Of a DNA stretch of 64,000 bases, positions 15,449-31,334 are shown piece by piece (position 1 is the stretch's first letter; each line of letters begins with the position of its first letter). The notes below the pieces were generated by a model. The model made no database searches. It was given only the letters and a program-made list of their open reading frames with translations, and was not told the DNA's origin. Made by a program: the position numbers and the translations under genes. The stretch lies in NCBI RefSeq assembly GCF_009914755.1, contig NC_060931.1; one strand, given 5' to 3'. This stretch comes from the human T2T-CHM13v2.0 reference genome, Homo sapiens.

Positions 15449-15775
15449 TTTGTGGACTAAACATTTGCATTCTTTCAAAATTCATATGTTGAAGCCCTAA
15501 CCTCAATACAATGGTATTTGGAGGAGGAAGCTTTGAGAGGTGATTATGCTTAAGGAGGACCTGAGGGTGGGACAAGTGTCCTCTCTCTGCCACATAAGGA
15601 CACGGTGAGAAGGTGGTTGTCCACTAGCCAGGTAGTGGGCCCTTAGGAGGAAGCGAATTGGCCAGCGCCTTGGTCTTAGACTTGCCAGCCTCCAGAACTG
15701 TGAAAAATAAATGTCTGTTGTTTAAGCCACCCAGTCTATGGTATTTTGTTATAACAGCCTGAGCTGACTAAGACA
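15449..15775 (+). mobile_element. MLT1A-type MaLR solo LTR
   Basis: aaaattcatatgttgaagccctaa ... cagcctccagaactgtgaaaaataaatgtctgttgtttaagccacccagtctatggtattttgttat...gactaagaca. Confidence 0.9.
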
Positions 15776-15827
15776 TCCAGATCCTCTCAGATTCCATTTG
15801 CCAGGAAATAAACTGTGGTTTTCTTTA

Positions 15828-15853
15828 GGGGATGGGATGGGATGGGATGGGGG
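15828..15853 (+). repeat. (GGGAT)4 short repeat, G-quadruplex motif
   Basis: GGGGATGGGATGGGATGGGATGGGGG: five G-tracts with 2-nt loops. Confidence 0.8.
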
Positions 15854-16299
15854 TGAAGGTGGTCCCCTGGCTGTGCCTAGATGGAAGGATCCCAAGGTTC
15901 TCAGCCACTATGTATTTGCCAAATGCTCTGTGTTCAGCAGGGACCTCAGCCCCACTGTCCCTCTCAGGGAATTTGCAGGACAACTGGTCTCATGCCAAGT
16001 TAATACCCCAAGAGCTACGTCACTTAGCCTTTTGTCCGCTTTGTCTTTTCCTGCTCACTTTACTCTTGGGAGTTAATACCTTATAACATTTCTTTTCTCA
16101 CATTTTAGTGAGATTTTAGGAGAAACAGAAGTTAAATGTATGTGATCAGTCTGCCATTTTAAACAAGTTAGTCTACTTTTCTTACCTAATATTCTCTTTG
16201 TTAAACTTTAGTATTCAAGTCACAGTAGCATCTGAAAATGAGTGGACAACTTTCACTCTTTTATTATTCTTAGGCACAATATGTATAATACCGAGAATA

Positions 16300-18010
<1,711 letters not shown>

Positions 18011-18177
18011 CGTTCTAGGAAGACTCATGTCTTTAATTCTGATAAATTCTATGCCATTTCCCTCTATCAAGTTCTGCCTCACTGCCATTTCCTTTATCAT
18101 GTACTTCTGAAATTCCTCTCAGGTGAGTGATGGAGTCTCTCAAGGCTAACTTTAGCTGCAGCCATGTATCTGCCCTT

Positions 18178-18298
18178 CTATCCCATCCTATCCCATCCCA
18201 CCCCATCCCATCCCATCCCATCCCATCCCATCCCATCCCATCCCATCCCATCCCATCCCATCCCATCCCATCCCATCACATCCCATTCTATCCTATTC
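18178..18298. repeat. (TCCCA)n / (GGGAT)n pentanucleotide repeat, about 24 units
   Basis: Perfect core 18206-18275 with degenerate flanks. Confidence 0.95.
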
Positions 18299-19827
18299 TG
18301 CTTCCTTCAGTACAGATTTACCTGAGAACAACTCCCCTATAACGTTCTTGCTTTGAAGAAGCTCTGCTTCTAAAACCCACTGGGTAAGTAATTTGCTCAA
18401 AGTCACACAATAGTGAAGGAGTGCACCACTCCCTCAACTATGTCACTGCAGCACCCACTGCAAACGGGCTGTTAAAAACAGCTCCCTCCTCTCCACCATC
18501 CCAGTGCTTCTTCTGGCAGCCCTCAGTGGATGGCTGTCTCCAGCTTCCATTCTCACTGGACTGCTGAATCCTCATGGTCTGTAGGCCTTGGCTTGGCATG
18601 CACAGCTGGTTTCCTTCCCAGGCCCCCTTCAACTGCTCCTGGGGAATGTCCCAGCCTTGGAGTCTGGGAGAAGTCCACATGGGGAGCGTGGGAGTCTGGT
18701 CTTCCTCCATCTTCTTTTCAGCTTCTTGTCCTGGCACAGAAGTTCTGCCCTCCTTCCTCTAAGGCCTTCTCTTTTTGGTTCTTAATAGCCTTTTCTTCTC
18801 CTAAAAACCTTCCTCTTGCATATCAAAAACTTGGGCTTTCAAAAGTATTGTTTCTGATCTGGGATCAAGAACTTATTTTGGAAATTAGCACCCAACACTG
18901 ACTATTTATTTCTCTCTGGATTTCAACTGTCCTCATTCTCCTTCAGGTTCTATGGGAGCTGAACAAGGAAGAGAAGAAAAGTACAGACATTTGTATTTCA
19001 AGATGCCTTCCTGCCATAGCATTTAGAATACACTGGCAAACAGCCTGGCATAAAGTATGCATGCTGTGCATGTTATCTGTATGCTTTTAAAATTATTGAG
19101 TGATTTTCAGCAGCAGCATTTGCTGGTGCAGATTTCATTACCACAGATTTCTTCTTTGTCTGGTGAGCTCTGACCTCCTCAAAGTTAACTGCTCTATAGC
19201 CCCAATCTCTTTCCCTACATAGATATCCAGTGGCCTGGGCCATGGTTCCCTTTAAAGTTTCTCCCAAGGACCTTGGTGGCATTTGTACTAATGGAACTCC
19301 TGGAGACCTACTATTTCTGCAATAAAACCATTGCACCCATGGAGATTTACCCTTCTCCATACGTTGTTATTGAATCACATTGAAATAAGCACAAATGTTT
19401 CTCCCTTTGCTTGCCTATTGTCTCTGTTTTGCTTATTACCTTTTCTTTCTCTTAACGATCTAGGAGTATAATATTTGAATTTCTGTTTTCAAAACCAAAA
19501 AATGAAAAGGCATAATGCAAATCAAAAATTACTCTACTATATCCGTTTGAAGATTAATATCATGGCCTTGTAGCTATAGGGATATAAAGACTTGGAGGAC
19601 AAAAATAAAGAGTATGCAAAGAAGTACGTATATTAAGTTGCTTCATGAAATATTGGTGAGCTTCTGCCGATTTTACTGGTATGAGACTGTATACTGGTGA
19701 GTACAAAGGAAATGTAAATTACGTGGTTGGTTTCCTGTAGAAACTCTTGGTTTCCATGGAGAATAACCACATGAAGTAATTGTTGAGCTTTTTAGTCTAG
19801 TGATTTATATTTAAAATATTGTATCCA

Positions 19828-20205
<378 letters not shown>

Positions 20206-20274
20206 TTAAATTCTTTTGGGCTCTCTCTCTTATATATGTATTTATTTATTTATTATAGCTTATTTATTTATTAA

Positions 20275-20418
20275 ACTATAATAAGAAATTTATTTATTAT
20301 AGTTTGGGAGGCTGGGTAGTCCAAGGTCAAGGGGCTACATCTGGTGCGGGCCTTCTTGCTGGTGGAGACTCTGCAGAGTCCTCAGGTGATACAGAGCATC
20401 ACATGGCAAGGGTGAGCT
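20275..20418 (-). mobile_element. MSTB-type LTR fragment
   Basis: gtccaaggtcaaggggctacatctggtgcgggccttcttgctggtggagactctgcagagtcc. Confidence 0.8.
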
Positions 20419-20444
20419 GTGTGTTTTTTTCATTTTGCTTTGAT

Positions 20445-20586
20445 TTTTTTTCCTATTTTTAATTTTCTTAAGAGACGGGATCTTGCTACATTGCCCAGGC
20501 TAGTCTTGAACTCCTGGCCTCAAGTGATTCTCCCACCTCAGCCTCCCAAGTAACTGGGACTATAGGCATGAGCCACTGTCTCCAGC
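20445..20586 (-). mobile_element. FLAM (free left Alu monomer)
   Basis: Single Alu arm; TSD TTTGCTTTGATTTTT at 20434-20448 and 20587-20601. Confidence 0.85.
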
Positions 20587-20899
20587 TTTGCTTTGATTTT
20601 TGTTTTGAATAGATCCTACTTACCTGAATCTGTAATATGATGAGTAGGAGTGAGTCTAGTTGCTCATTGTTCAGAGGGAATTGCTCTATATTTAGATGAT
20701 ACTCTTAATGATCTTAATATTTAATAAAGAAAACAATGCCTTTGTGTAGCATGCTGAGATTAAGACAAAAATTTCATATCATTTTCCCCCTTGCTTGTTA
20801 AATGATCAAAAATGTAACATAAATACCCAGTAGCCAGTAGGGATTCCATAAAGTGGAAACTTTTAGATATGGCTATTAGCAATGATAATCTTTGAAATA

Positions 20900-21082
20900 A
20901 TAGGGCAGTGTGAACTGACCTTGCAGACTGCCTGGTGTGAGCATGGCTTTACCACACATCAGTGGTGAGACTTGGGGCAAGATGCTTACCTTCTCTAAGG
21001 CTGAATTTCCTCTTCTGTAAAATGAAAATGATAATAAAATTTAATTTTGAAGAATTATTGTTGGGATTAAATAAGAATAATA
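20900..21082 (+). mobile_element. MIR SINE
   Basis: cagactgcctgg...ggcaagatgcttaccttctctaagg...tttcctcttctgtaaaatg. Confidence 0.75.
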
Positions 21083-21129
21083 ATTATTGCAGGGAATCTA
21101 AATTAAGCAACTAATCTAAAAGAATTAAA

Positions 21130-21500
21130 AGGCTGTTTATACAAAGGTGTTTATTTTCCATCATTCGTAATTCAAAAATTTGGAAGTCTGTTAAATGTTC
21201 ATCAATAAGAGAATCATTAAACAGATTATTGTATAGCTTTTTGGTGGAATGTCTTGCCGCTGTGACACAAACACTTATAAAGATTGTGTGGCAAAATAAA
21301 ATGAACAGAAATCCTTAAATAACATAAATTGAAAACATAAAACACAAAATTAATGTATCGCATTATTAAAACATAAAATATTAATATGAAAGAAGGGAGA
21401 GGGTTCACAAAATGGTAACAGGGTCATTGGGTTATACATTTTTACTATTTTTAAATTTTTCTATTACATTATTATATTGTCTTTATAATTAAAACAGCAT
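21130..21500 (+). mobile_element. Ancient L1ME 3' fragment
   Basis: acaaaggtgtttatt...aaatgttcatcaataagagaat resembles L1M 3' region. Confidence 0.5.
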
Positions 21501-24500
21501 TATTATTAATCACTTTTATTTTTCCTATTTATAAAAATGCTTACTTTTGAGAACATAAATAATGCTGAAAATCATGAAGAATCCAACTATTAATCTTAAT
21601 ATTGCCATTAGTATTTTAACTTACATTGTTCCATTTTTATGCATTATATATTATATATTATATGTATGTATATGTATACATATACAAAATAAAGCAATAG
21701 TATTGCTTTACTATCAATTTACCTCTCAGTCTGCTTCTCGAGCTCTTGGTTTCATATCTCTTCTTTATCTTTGATCTTTTCACAGAAGTCTATTCTCCTT
21801 TTCCCAAGAGCTTTAAATTCCTATGTCCTACTGGGAACACCAATCAGCCTTTTTTTGAAATGTTCTCGTGTGTCTTGTCAAAAATAATTACCAGAGGTGA
21901 ACTGTGCCTCCCAAACTTCCAAATAATACTTTTTCCTTGTGGTGCTGTATTTCCCCCATAGATACTACACCATTATTGTGGTTGTTTTCTCTTTAATTAT
22001 CCTTAAATATAGTGAGAATCCCCTGCCCCAGACCCTTGGTCCTGTGCACCTGCACTTGGGTCCATGAAGAGTTCTCCCAGATGGAAGGCAGTGGAGCAGG
22101 TCAATGCACTCAATTACTTCCCTTTTCTCATTATTCATCTAGTATGATTCTTCTGGATTTAATTGGAAAATTCACCTGTTCTCTGCTCAGTTCTCTCAAA
22201 ATTAGGGAAACACGTATATTTTATATAAGTATAGACTCTCTTCAACATATACATCCAGGGAAAACTCCCAGCCCAGGGTCCCCTGTCCCAGGCATCTTTA
22301 TATCTTGACTCCTACCCATAGCATTTTATGTGAAAGGAACTATCTGCCTGTGGGTAAAATGTATTCTCTTCTGCTTCTTACTTAGGCATAGAACACATAT
22401 GTGAAGAGTTCACTTCAAAGGCTGGGTTTGTGTAGATGCCTGTGATTCACATTGTCAGAGAATTGACTGTAGGGCTACGTTGCTCTTCAGCTTAGTACCG
22501 GAACTGAACTGAAGGAAGCAGTTGCCCCTTAGGAGTGGGCAGGAAGCTCCGCCCATGAAACAGATCTGCTTCTCCATTGAACTGGAACCTCTAAACAAAT
22601 GTAAAAAGGGAATGCCGATAACTCGTGGAGCACTGAATGGATCTGATGAGCATAAATATGTGTGTCAGAAATCAGTGCCTCGGCAGTAATGGCTATACAC
22701 ATTTCCTTTTTCTCTTTTTCCCATCAGTTACAGAACACATATGTCCCAGCTAGAAGTAGACAGTGAGGGAAGTTTGAACCTTCGTCCTACCTACTTTGTT
22801 GTAAAGGGAAATCGTATATTTTGAAGGGCAAAGCATGTACAAACTTGTTCTGCATTTCAATCCAGCCACAACTAAATATGCTTGGTAGTAATTTTTAGGA
22901 ATACATCTAAGAACTTTCCAAAATGTTGCCTGTGATCCTCGTTTTCAGAGCTGCCTAATTTTTTTTTTCTGGTCAGTGTGATAGAACTGTGGGAGAAAAA
23001 TGTCAAAAATTTATTTTAAAATTGGAGGTCCCTGTTTTCAATTTAAATACTTTGTTAAACATACTTTAAAAAGTCGTGACCTTTTATAACTTCTCACTAA
23101 ACTTGATGCAGAAACACAAATAATTCTCAAAAAAAATTAGCTGACAGAATCTTTGAGGAATTTTCACAAACTGTAAGATTAGTGGAGATAGATGGAAGAA
23201 AGAGAACTGGTAGCTTGCCCACCCACCACCTTGTTAAGACACAGCATTCTGGCTCATAAAATTGATGGAAGTAAGGATGAAAGACATTTAAACTCTTCTC
23301 CACTCTATGACCCCTGACTCAGAGCCATGATTTGACTCAACCAGAGAACCTGGGGGCCATCACTTTACTCTGTGGGTGCCCTTCCCTGCCATAGGCTTCT
23401 ACATTGTTTCCTGATACTCAGCAGGAATGGAGAACCAGACTAGCAGTGGTACATTGTATTCAAGCAGATACTTAACAGGATAGGCTTTTATTTATGCTGG
23501 TGATGGTGATTCACATGTCAGAGAATCGGCCCCAGGACTGGTGGCTCTTGCACTTACTACCAGAGCCCAACTAGAAGCAATTCCCCTTACCCACAAAACA
23601 GATCTTTTGCTGGAGGTGTTAAAAAGTGGATTAAACCACCTGCTAAGTGGACTATCCAGGGAAGATCTTCAAGGTACATACAGGCCCAAGTTAAGGTTAT
23701 GAATCGAAGAGAAAGGTGTTTTGCTTTGTTAATAATGTCAAAGATAAAGAGACAAAGCTGAGAATGAAACATGAGGCAGAAAGCAGTGCACTGCAACTAA
23801 AAGCAGCAAGAGGGAGCAAGGATGCCTGAGAGGATGCCTGTGACTCAGTCTAGAACACAGAGGCAAGGAGCTAGAATCTGCCTCCAGGGTGGGGAGGAAG
23901 CCATGCACAGCATTCTGGGGAATGACATTCCCACACTTCCTTGGCCAACGGAGAACCTTGGTCTGATTAAAATGATCTGGATGTAAATCTGCCTCTGCAT
24001 AGTGAGATGACCAGCCAGAGGAGTCAGGAGATGCCTGTTGCAGGGCAACAGAGTCACACATATTTGGCTTCTTTATGGAGCTCATGGGCAAACATAATTT
24101 GGATGGGTCTCCATGTGCAACACTGTTTTAGTTATAATGATATATTCTGGAGAACAATATGATTTTGGTAACTTAGAGAACTACCTTTTAAGGCTCCCTG
24201 GCATTTTTGTTTTGTTTTGTTTTTTGGTTAAAGACTCTGTTCTCCCCTTCCCCCACAGCCCTAATCTCAGCGTTCTGAAGTAGGCAAAAGCCTCCCTGTC
24301 CCTAACTCCCATTATTACTCTTCAGTAGAAAATAACTTTGGGGTAACAAAGAAGGAAGGATAAAATACACAAATAAACTTGGTAGAAGCATATATGAATT
24401 GCTTAATATTTACTGTGAAATTATTAACTTCTATGCAAGGTTTTATATTATGAAATTGTGTTCTGTAAACTTAAAAAATAGTCCAGTAATGTTATTACAG

Positions 24501-25679
24501 TTAACTTCATGGTATAAACAACGCAAATGCACAGGCATTGTACGAAACAAAAAGTGGGATGATTTTCCATATACGTATTAGTAATAGAAAGTGAGTCATG
24601 CTTGAATTGCAAAATATGTATGTGGTAAAGGCCAGTAATTTGAAGTTTTATGTCAGAAAAATTGCTGATCTAGCTGTCTCACCACGCTGTGGGAATAACC
24701 AATCAACTCACAACATGATCAGGTCAAGAAGTAATTTATACTTAAAAAAGCAAAAAATGGGAGCAATTACAAATTACAATGAATTTAAGATAGCGAAAAG
24801 GAAAAATTAATAACAAAGTACCTGGTCCCCCCAAATGGAAAGTTTCCAGTCTGTATGTGTATGCACAGTAGAGTATTTGTAAAGTTAGAGCCTTGTGTGG
24901 CTGCTGTATTTAAAAAAGATACTAATTTAGAATTCTCAGTAAACTCAAAGAACTTGCTAATTTTAGTCCATAAATTATCAAATTTTAGTTATATTTAATA
25001 TCTCAATTAGGAAGTTATAAAAAATAGCTCTAAGTGGTAAGGTTCTATGGAATTATGAGTCAGCCACCAAAAAGAACTCACAAGTGGACTTTCATATCTC
25101 TGAGAAGGTCTGTTAGCAGGTCCCCAGAACTATGCTTGGAGAACCCTTGAGCTGATGTGTCCTCAATTTGGGAGGGAAGACAAAGAAAGGTTTTGCTTGG
25201 AGTTAGTACCAACCTTTAAGGCAGAGAAAACTTGACCCATGAGGAATGAAATATAGAATGATGTAATATTCCTGGACCACAAATAGAGAATTGCTCTTTA
25301 AAGCACCAAAATTTTTAAGAACCTTTTTTTTACTGGAAATTGTTCCAAAGATGTGCACTAATCATTTCTTTGGCTTTTAACTAGCAGGTACTCATACTAA
25401 TTATGTGGCCTTTGTCATCACTATTAATATCAGTTGTTGCAAAACGCTGTAATAAAGTGATACCCATAGGGTTTTCTAAGAGTGGGATACTTGCATCTAC
25501 ATTACATAATCACAATCTAGTCCTTTAATCCAGAAGTTTTAATAGTTTTTTTCCCCAGTCCTCTTTCTCACTGTCAGTGCATCAATTCTCACCTTTCACT
25601 TTTTCTCTGGTCATCTTGCTAAGCTTTCTAAACTGATGCTTCTGATGTGAATAAAAAACTACTACTGTATAAAGAATTA

Positions 25680-26007
<328 letters not shown>

Positions 26008-26174
26008 AAAGCATATTCTAAGTGTGTTTAGATTTTGTGTAAGTAAAAACTCTTAAAAATTTTGATTCTTTTATGAATATAATATAGGAAATCAACCACA
26101 TGGATTCTGAGGAAGTGTTTGATTGCACGAAATAAGGCTCTTTTTGCTTACATAATCAGTGTTAGATTACTACT

Positions 26175-26475
26175 GTTATTATTATTGATTTTAACAATAA
26201 CCACATCTTACATTTTTTATGATATTTTTCAGTTTGCAAACATTTTGACCCATCATTTCTGAAATGGTACTTGCCAAAATCCTGATAGGTAGGGGGAGCT
26301 AAGAGTCATTCTTCATTCATTCCTTTGTTCATTCATACAATTACTGATACTGACAATTCAGGTGCCAAGCACTAAGGAAACCAGATCTCTGAGAGGTTAC
26401 ATAATGTGGAAAAAGCAAATGCTCAGTAAGTAAGAAAGTGAGATTCAACTCTAGAACTCTCTGTTCAGTAATCTT
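26175..26475 (-). mobile_element. MIR (degenerate), possibly with a small L2 tail
   Basis: aggaaaccagatctctgagaggttac...gagattcaactctag antisense MIR core. Confidence 0.5.
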
Positions 26476-27214
26476 TCTCATGTAATAGGTATCCAGATGG
26501 TTGCATTTTGTGGGAGTGAAAGGCAACCACTATTTAATCACCTGTATTAACTTTCTGGAATTAGATACTTCTATATAGGCAGGAACTGAGGCACACACAA
26601 GTTTTTGGCCATTTATAAAACCAGAGCCAAGATGGTCAGCCCACCAGGCTACTGATGGGATATGAGAATTGGCCAGGATGTGATCATTGTATAATATTTG
26701 TGGCTTACATACAATATTTTAAAAATCTTTGCTATTTTTAGCTCTGAAAACCCAAATAGGCAGAAACGGCTTTTGGCAGAAAAAGTCACTCTTCTTGAAG
26801 TCAGTAGAAACATTTTGTTTCTAGGACTAGGAGGGTAGGTGGGTGGTTTGTTCCTAATGTGTAAGACCCAAGGCCTCTATGACCTTTTCATTTCACATTC
26901 TTTAAAATGGGGACCATCTGAATCAGTTCAGCCTGCTGGGAGTCCCAAGACAAAGATACTTTTAGAATGCCTTAGATTTCCAAAGACTGTCAACTTTTGT
27001 CCTGGAAAATATTTTTTCTTTGAAGGAATATATGCCTGGACCCTTGCCCAAATGTGGCTATGTCAAAATTTTGGAACAAATAGGTGTCTACGATGTGCTC
27101 CTTCCCGCAATGACAGAAATCAAGAAGTCTGGTTAAAAAGAAGGATAAAAAAATTGACTTCAGTTCATAAACTGGTAGAACTGGAAGGAAATTTTAGGGA
27201 TTTATTATTGAGAA

Positions 27215-27305
27215 GAATAGTTCTTATCTTTGGTCTCATGGTAGAATCACCTGGGAAACTTAAAAGGTTCCCAGCATCACCATCCCAAAGATTGATTTAA
27301 TTGCC
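27215..27305. mobile_element. MER5A fragment
   Basis: tagaatcacctgggaaacttaaaa...cccaaagattgatttaattg. Confidence 0.55.
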
Positions 27306-27839
27306 TCCTACCTACTCCAGGAAGGTGATCAGGACTGGATCAAGCAGAGATAGACCCTGACTGAGAACATATTTTCCTTATTCAGGTACATTGATCGTGA
27401 TGGGATCATAGCTTAAAGTATGGTGTGCTTATTTTGAGGGTGGCAGGGTTGATATTGGGCAAGACTATTTCTGGGAGTAGAGGAAGAAGATCAGGAATAA
27501 ACCTTGTGTTTAGAAGAAAGAAGTGAGAGATATTGAATTGCTTTCTTTTTCCTCCATATGTTGAACACTGAAATCAAAGAAAACTGAAAGAATTGTGGGC
27601 TCTCTGAATTGTCAGAAAATATGGGACATGAACAATTATTTGTCATATGGTTTGATTGAAAATATATGCTTTAATTGAACAATTATCAACTTTTTTCTAA
27701 TATAAATTATCATCCTTTTTTATCTATACACCAGGTAGTTCTAAAAGCCACTTTAGCAGCAAAGAGTATTAACAAGTGAGTATTTGCTCATTTAATACCC
27801 ATTACAAATGAGGACAAAGTAATACTCATTGCAAATGAG

Positions 27840-28010
27840 TATTCACTCATTTAATTCCCCAAACGACAGTGTCAGGAATTATTATTTTCCTCTACTAAAG
27901 TACAGAGCAGTTATGAAATGTGCCTGTGGCCTTTCTGTACATGGCAGAGTAGAATACAACCGAGGCCCTCAGGCACCTGAACCTCAGTTTTCAAGCACTG
28001 TGCTGTTCTG
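27840..28010 (-). mobile_element. MIR fragment
   Basis: ctcatttaattcccc...ttattattttcc...atggcagagtagaatacaacc. Confidence 0.5.
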
Positions 28011-28449
28011 CCTTCTAGTTACACAAACTGTCTCAAACACAGAATTCTTATTATTTCAAAAACATCTCTTTGCTCCTTAGCTTTTCAGAAGAAGCCTATT
28101 TTCAAAGCTATTATTACGAAACACATATTTAAACTGGTCAACTGCTTTTTCTGAAAACAATGCAGGCTTCTGAGTTATCCAGTGGAGGTGAGAGATGAGA
28201 GGGAGAAGTGAAAGTCTGATCCAGACAATCGTACTGAGATGAAAGCCACAGGCACTGGGGGCTGGAATAAGGTCTTGCCACTTCTATGTGCTCCACAGCT
28301 GTAGAATGGAGAAGGGGCTTTTCTGACTACCAAGAAAATACCTGTGAGGCAACTCAGCTATGCTCTCTCTTGACAAATGTAGTGGCCAGGTTAATCTATG
28401 TGAGTGAGAATAATGATCACATCAAGAAATTAACTTAAAAAAATACTTC

Positions 28450-28775
28450 AATAAGATGGATTTTTAGGACAGTGAAACTACTCTGTATAATACTGATGGT
28501 GGAGACATGTCATTATGAATTTGTTCAAACCCATAGAAAACATAACACCAAGCGTGAACCCTAATGAAAGCTACGGACTTCGAGTGATCACTATGTGTCA
28601 ATGTAGGTTCAACAGTTGTAACAAATGCACCACTCTGGTGGGGGATGTTGACAGTGGGGGCAGCTGCATATACGTGGGAGTAGGAAGCATAAGAGAAATC
28701 TCTGGACTTTCTGCTCAATTTTGCTGTAAACCTAAAACTGCTCTAAAAAATAAAAAGTCTATGAGAAAAAAAAAT
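28450..28775 (+). mobile_element. L1MC1-type 3' end
   Basis: ggacagtgaaactactctgtat...aacaaatgcaccactctggtgggggatgttga...ctcaattttgctgtaaacctaaaactgctctaaaaaataaa. Confidence 0.85.
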
Positions 28776-28779
28776 ACGG

Positions 28780-29100
28780 CAAGACATTATGCTAAGTGAA
28801 AGAAGCCAGGCACGAAAAGCCACATATTATGTGATGGCATTTATATGAAATATTCAGAATAGGCAAATCCATGGAGACAGAACACAGATTCGTGGTTGCC
28901 AGGGGAGTAGGCAAGAAAGGGAAGTGACAGCTTACTGGGTGCAGGGTTTCCTTTTGGGCTGATGAAATGTTCTGGAACTAGACAGTGGTCACAGTGATTG
29001 CACCACAGTGTAAATATACAAAAAGCCAGTGATTTGTACACCTACGACAGGTTAAAATTGTGAATTTTATGTTATATAAATTTTTCCTCTTTTAAAAAAT
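28780..29100 (+). mobile_element. L1MB-type 3' end
   Basis: acattatgctaagtgaaagaagccag...ataggcaaatccatggagacag...ggttgccagggg...gatgaaatgttctggaactaga. Confidence 0.85.
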
Positions 29101-29299
29101 TGAAAATACTGGAGCACAAGAGAAGAAAACATCACTTTGAAAACTTAGGAAAAACCATGTTTTTGAAAATGATTTATTATAAGAACTAGTTTAAAAAGAA
29201 GCATCCTCTATGACTTCAAGTGAATGTGAGAAGTTTTGACTTCTTGAATTAGGTGCAGAGAGAAGTAGTGAGGCTATTCTGAGGTTAAGACAACAGAGT

Positions 29300-29910
29300 G
29301 ATGTGAAATGAAAGTTCTGTGAGATATGGAGGGTTTGAAATAGCATTAAAATTGAGTGGCAGAATTTAAATCCAGATGAAGGTGCTCCAAAGCTGAATTG
29401 ACACTGTGGAAAAATAAATCACTGATGCAAGGGAAAAACTTGAGATGCTCTCAGAGAATGCAAAAAGAAAGAACAAATATAAGAAAATGATGAGCGGGTA
29501 GGTAATAAATATGGCAGACAAAGAATGGTAGAGCCCAGAACAACAGATTCAATGATCAAAAACATAGTTTAGGTTTTTTTTTTTTCTGAGCTAAAACAAA
29601 GGCCAACTGTTTTTCTTATATAACCCGTGATTTTAAAGGCAAAGGAAAGAAAGCATCTTATAAATATCAAAACAAGACAAACTCATTGCCTGCAAAGGAA
29701 CAAAAATTAAGCTAGAAACAGATTTCTTTGAAGCATAGACTATCAGAAAGTGTTAGAATAAATTCTATATAATTTTGAGGAAAAACTAATGTGAAACGAG
29801 TATATTTTCCCAGCCAATTTATCATATGTGTGAAGGCAAAAGACAGACATTCTGAGATAAGTAAGAGCCCAGAAAGCATAAATTCATATCTTTCTTTTTA
29901 AAATTGCTTG
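29300..29910 (+). mobile_element. HAL1 / ancient L1 ORF1-like fragment
   Basis: A-rich degenerate ORF1-like sequence (gcaaaggaacaaaaattaagctag...cagatttc; tgtgaaggcaaaagacagacatt). Confidence 0.55.
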
Positions 29911-29911
29911 A

Positions 29912-30745
29912 GTAAAATGGTACAGCCACTCTGGTAAAGTTTCACAGGTTCTTATAAAACTAAACATGCAATTGCCATATGACCTGACAACTGGATTTTT
30001 GGCATGTATCCCAGAGGAAAAAAAAAAACCAACTTATGTTCACCCGAAACCTGTACATGGATGTTTATAGCAGCATTATTTGTAAGACCCCCAAGTAATT
30101 ATTTGTAAGATCCCCAAACTGGAAATAGCCAGATGTTCTCCAAAATGTGGATGCTTAAATGGTGGCACATTCATAGCATGGAATATTACTCAATCACAAA
30201 AAGGAACAAACTATTGATATATCCAGCAATTTCAATACATCTCTAGAGAATTATACTCAATGGAAAAAGCCAGTCCTCCAAAGTAACATACTATAGGATT
30301 CCATTTATGTAACATTCTTGAAATGAAAACAAACAAAAAAAGAAATGGAAAATTGATTAGTCCTTGCCAGGGATTAGAAACTGGATGGAGTAGGGGAGTA
30401 TGAAGGAGGGGGTGGGTATGGCTATAAAAAGGCAAGAGGAGGATCCTTGTGGGGGTGGAAGTGTTCTGTATCTTGACTGTGGTGGTGAATACAGGAACTG
30501 TCACGTGAGATAAAATTGTATAAAACTAAACACATGTAAACACCGCTGAGTGAGTACAAGTATAGGAAAATCCAAATAAGAGCTGTAGACTACAACCATG
30601 TCAGTGTCCCGGTTGTGATACTGTACTAGAATTTTACAAGATGTTGCCATGGGGCGGAACTGAGTAAAGGCTGTGCAGGATCTCTATTATTTCTCACAAC
30701 TGCAAGTGACTCTACGTGCAGTTTATCTCAACTACCATTTCAGTG
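29912..30745 (+). mobile_element. L1MD-type 3' end
   Basis: aaaatggtacagccactctgg ... gtgatactgtactagaattttacaagatgttgccat...atttctcacaactgca. Confidence 0.8.
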
Positions 30746-31018
30746 AAAAATTATCTGAAATATACTTTCCTTATTGAGAATTTCACAAAATTAAGATCTC
30801 AAAAACAGCATAGTTTAGTAGAAAGAATAAATATCATTACAGAATGAAATTCTAATGTCAAAAATAATTTCTTAAAAGGATTCCACAAAATGAAAAACAT
30901 AATAATCCGGCTTGAAAAACCTCATTTTATATTTGCCAAAAATAAGAACAGAAGGAAATAAAACTGGAATAAATTTCAAGGAAACAAAACTGGAATAAGT
31001 TTCTTCTTCAAGCAATAG

Positions 31019-31334
<316 letters not shown>

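Noticed and set aside
18033-18342. MGWDG / SHPIP repeat proteins
   Set aside because: Translations of the (GGGAT)n microsatellite.
26839-27300. 153-aa ORF and a possible exon reading EYMPGPLPK after an AG at ~27025
   Set aside because: No homology beyond a chance kinase-like pentapeptide, a weak donor, and the ORF runs into MER5A.
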